From Opitutales bacterium (lineage in GTDB: Bacteria > Verrucomicrobiota > Verrucomicrobiia > Opitutales > JABSRG01), in assembly GCA_049599475.1 (NCBI GenBank), contig JBMYOQ010000075.1, positions 1-19,475 of the forward strand: a DNA stretch of 19,475 bases, in the 5' to 3' direction. This document shows, one piece after another, positions 18,198-19,475 of this stretch (its first letter is position 1; the number at the start of each line of letters is the position of its first letter). The notes under the pieces were generated by a model. That model had not been told where the DNA came from and made no database searches. It worked only from the letters and a program-made list of their open reading frames with translations. The translations under genes and the position numbers were made by a program.

Positions 18198-18959
18198 ATG
18201 AAATATATCTATTCGTTATCCCTTGCTGCCGCGCTCAGTCTATCGGCAGATATCTCCATCGATGGTTTCGACCAATCAACAAGTTTAGGCATCACCGTAA
18301 CGGGTGCTGAGACGGTCGACGAATTAGGAACTCCACTCGACGCCACTATTACAGGAGGCAGCGTAGGGTCCGGAGAGTTCACTTCAACGAGCATAACTGG
18401 CAACAATGCATTCTCATTCACTGGAGTTGGCTACACAGGCTTCACTACCTCAAACATCACTTCTGGACTAGACGGCGACGAATTTACGCTGGCAGGGCTT
18501 ACATCAGCCGACTTGGGTATGCGCAGCAACGGAAATTTCGGTGTTGATAATAGTTTTATGGATGCCGGCGAAGCTGTTATCTTAACCTTCGACACAACAT
18601 CTGTGGGTTCGAGTTTGGGGCCTGGCTTGGAGCTATCGATCACCGATGTAGACCCAACGAACTACAGCGCATCGGGTGGCAGTGCACTCGGCGTATATTT
18701 AGTCGATTCGTCAGACAGCAACATGATAACAACCCTTTTTGAGGAAGGCGTTACGCCAGACTTTTCGTCTGCAATCATTGATCACAACGACCAAGTTATC
18801 ATCACGGCGCTAAACACATCGATAGACACCTTCCGGATCCAATCTCTTTCATTCGACATTATAGGAGATGCCGCACCGATTCCAGAACCTCGTGCATACG
18901 CTATGATTTTTGGGTTATTAGCCGTTGCAGGCGCAGTCGTGCGTCGTCGACGCAGCTAA
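18198..18959 (+). CDS. PEP-CTERM sorting domain protein
   Basis: Signal peptide MKYIYSLSLAAALSLSA, a Ser/Thr/Gly/Asp-rich body, and C-terminal IPEPRAYAMIFGLLAVAGAVVRRRRS (PEP + TM + Arg cluster). Confidence 0.93.
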   Translation: MKYIYSLSLAAALSLSADISIDGFDQSTSLGITVTGAETVDELGTPLDATITGGSVGSGEFTSTSITGNNAFSFTGVGYTGFTTSNITSGLDGDEFTLAGLTSADLGMRSNGNFGVDNSFMDAGEAVILTFDTTSVGSSLGPGLELSITDVDPTNYSASGGSALGVYLVDSSDSNMITTLFEEGVTPDFSSAIIDHNDQVIITALNTSIDTFRIQSLSFDIIGDAAPIPEPRAYAMIFGLLAVAGAVVRRRRS

Positions 18960-18981
18960 TTTCGCAACTAATCAATCTTTC

Positions 18982-19015
18982 AAAGCCCGCAGTTCCTAGA
19001 GCTGGGGCTTTTTTT
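18982..19015 (+). terminator. Rho-independent terminator of the PEP-CTERM gene
   Basis: Hairpin AAAGCCC(G)CAGT...GCTGGGGCTTT followed by a T-tract, starting about 20 nt after the stop codon. Confidence 0.75.
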
Positions 19016-19204
19016 GTAGTTACGAACTGGGATGTAATAGATCGTCGACCCTTTTAAATAGCTATTCTGTTCAACGATGACTTTCACTTAGTCACCGGCG
19101 TTGAAAGCAACATTGAAGACAGTGCCGTAAGAGTCGACACCTTTCATCGCGATGTATGAATGGAAAAATGACAACGCTCCCTATGTTATCTTATGTGTGT
19201 TCCA

Positions 19205-19422
19205 TCATATTCGAGCGTTCACTCTGCCAAAACTTGCAATACCTCCGAAGCCCTCAATCTGCTTCGACCTTCGCTTTCGACGATCTCCGATCTGAGGGCT
19301 CCACTCATCGATAAGCTTATCTACGAAGAGCGCAGTTCCAATCGCCACGCCATTGCTGAAATATCGTATTCGCTGCCGGAGCACCACATGTTGGGGCAAG
19401 GCGCCCTGAGCCTGCATTACCT
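19205..19422 (-). pseudogene. 3' fragment of a probable HUH/Y1 (RAYT-like) transposase, interrupted by the IS end
   Basis: LPQHVVLRQRIRYFSNGVAIGTALFVD...GDRRKRRS resembles, from recall, the LRxRxRYFxDGxxIGxxxFV C-terminal extension of verrucomicrobial Y1 transposases. The frame runs directly into the IS terminus at 19423. No HUH motif is visible in the window. Confidence 0.55.
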
Positions 19423-19475
19423 TGTCATTTTGCGGGTTAAAGTGCACCACTCGTTTGCGGGTCAAAGTGCACCAC
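19423..19475 (+). mobile_element. IS21-family-like terminal inverted repeat (element continues off the right edge)
   Basis: TGTCATTTTGCGGGTTAAAGTGCACCACTCGTTTGCGGGTCAAAGTGCACCAC is the exact reverse complement of 1..53. Identity stops at the TG terminus. Confidence 0.8.

Noticed and set aside
19165..19173. AAAATGACA as an extra IS end
   Set aside because: This is only a 9-nt AT-rich match without the internal 22-bp repeats.
19423..19465. Start of the 86-aa ORF as a real N-terminus
   Set aside because: It lies within the IS terminus, so the ORF is a chimera of IS DNA and an interrupted gene.

Overview
This is a 19.5 kb bacterial segment, probably from Verrucomicrobiota (Opitutales-like). That assignment is inferred from a Trp-rich C-terminal domain, a PEP-CTERM protein and GTAG-type REPs. 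Both ends of the window are the same 53-bp IS21-family-like terminus in inverted orientation, so the contig probably breaks at two copies of one IS. The genes are: a 1051-aa acidic secreted Ig-domain protein (-), metG, a partial menaquinone cluster menF-menD-menB (+), a tandem beta-helix (GH55/pectate-lyase-3-like) glycan enzyme (-), a DUF748/AsmA-like envelope protein (+), two secreted hypotheticals, a PEP-CTERM protein, and the IS-truncated 3' end of a probable HUH/Y1 transposase. The most striking non-genic signals are these. (i) A GGTAGGGCGAACCGTCCCGGTGAGCCG REP doublet occurs three times, and one copy sits in-frame inside menD and is translated as part of a long linker. (ii) The left IS end abuts the GTAG of a REP, while the right IS end interrupts the Y1 transposase. 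(iii) A single secreted-protein gene is bracketed by GG(G/T)GCAGTCCAAGATT direct repeats, like a gene cassette. (iv) A shared TTGTTAACAA palindrome lies upstream of the two large minus-strand exported proteins.
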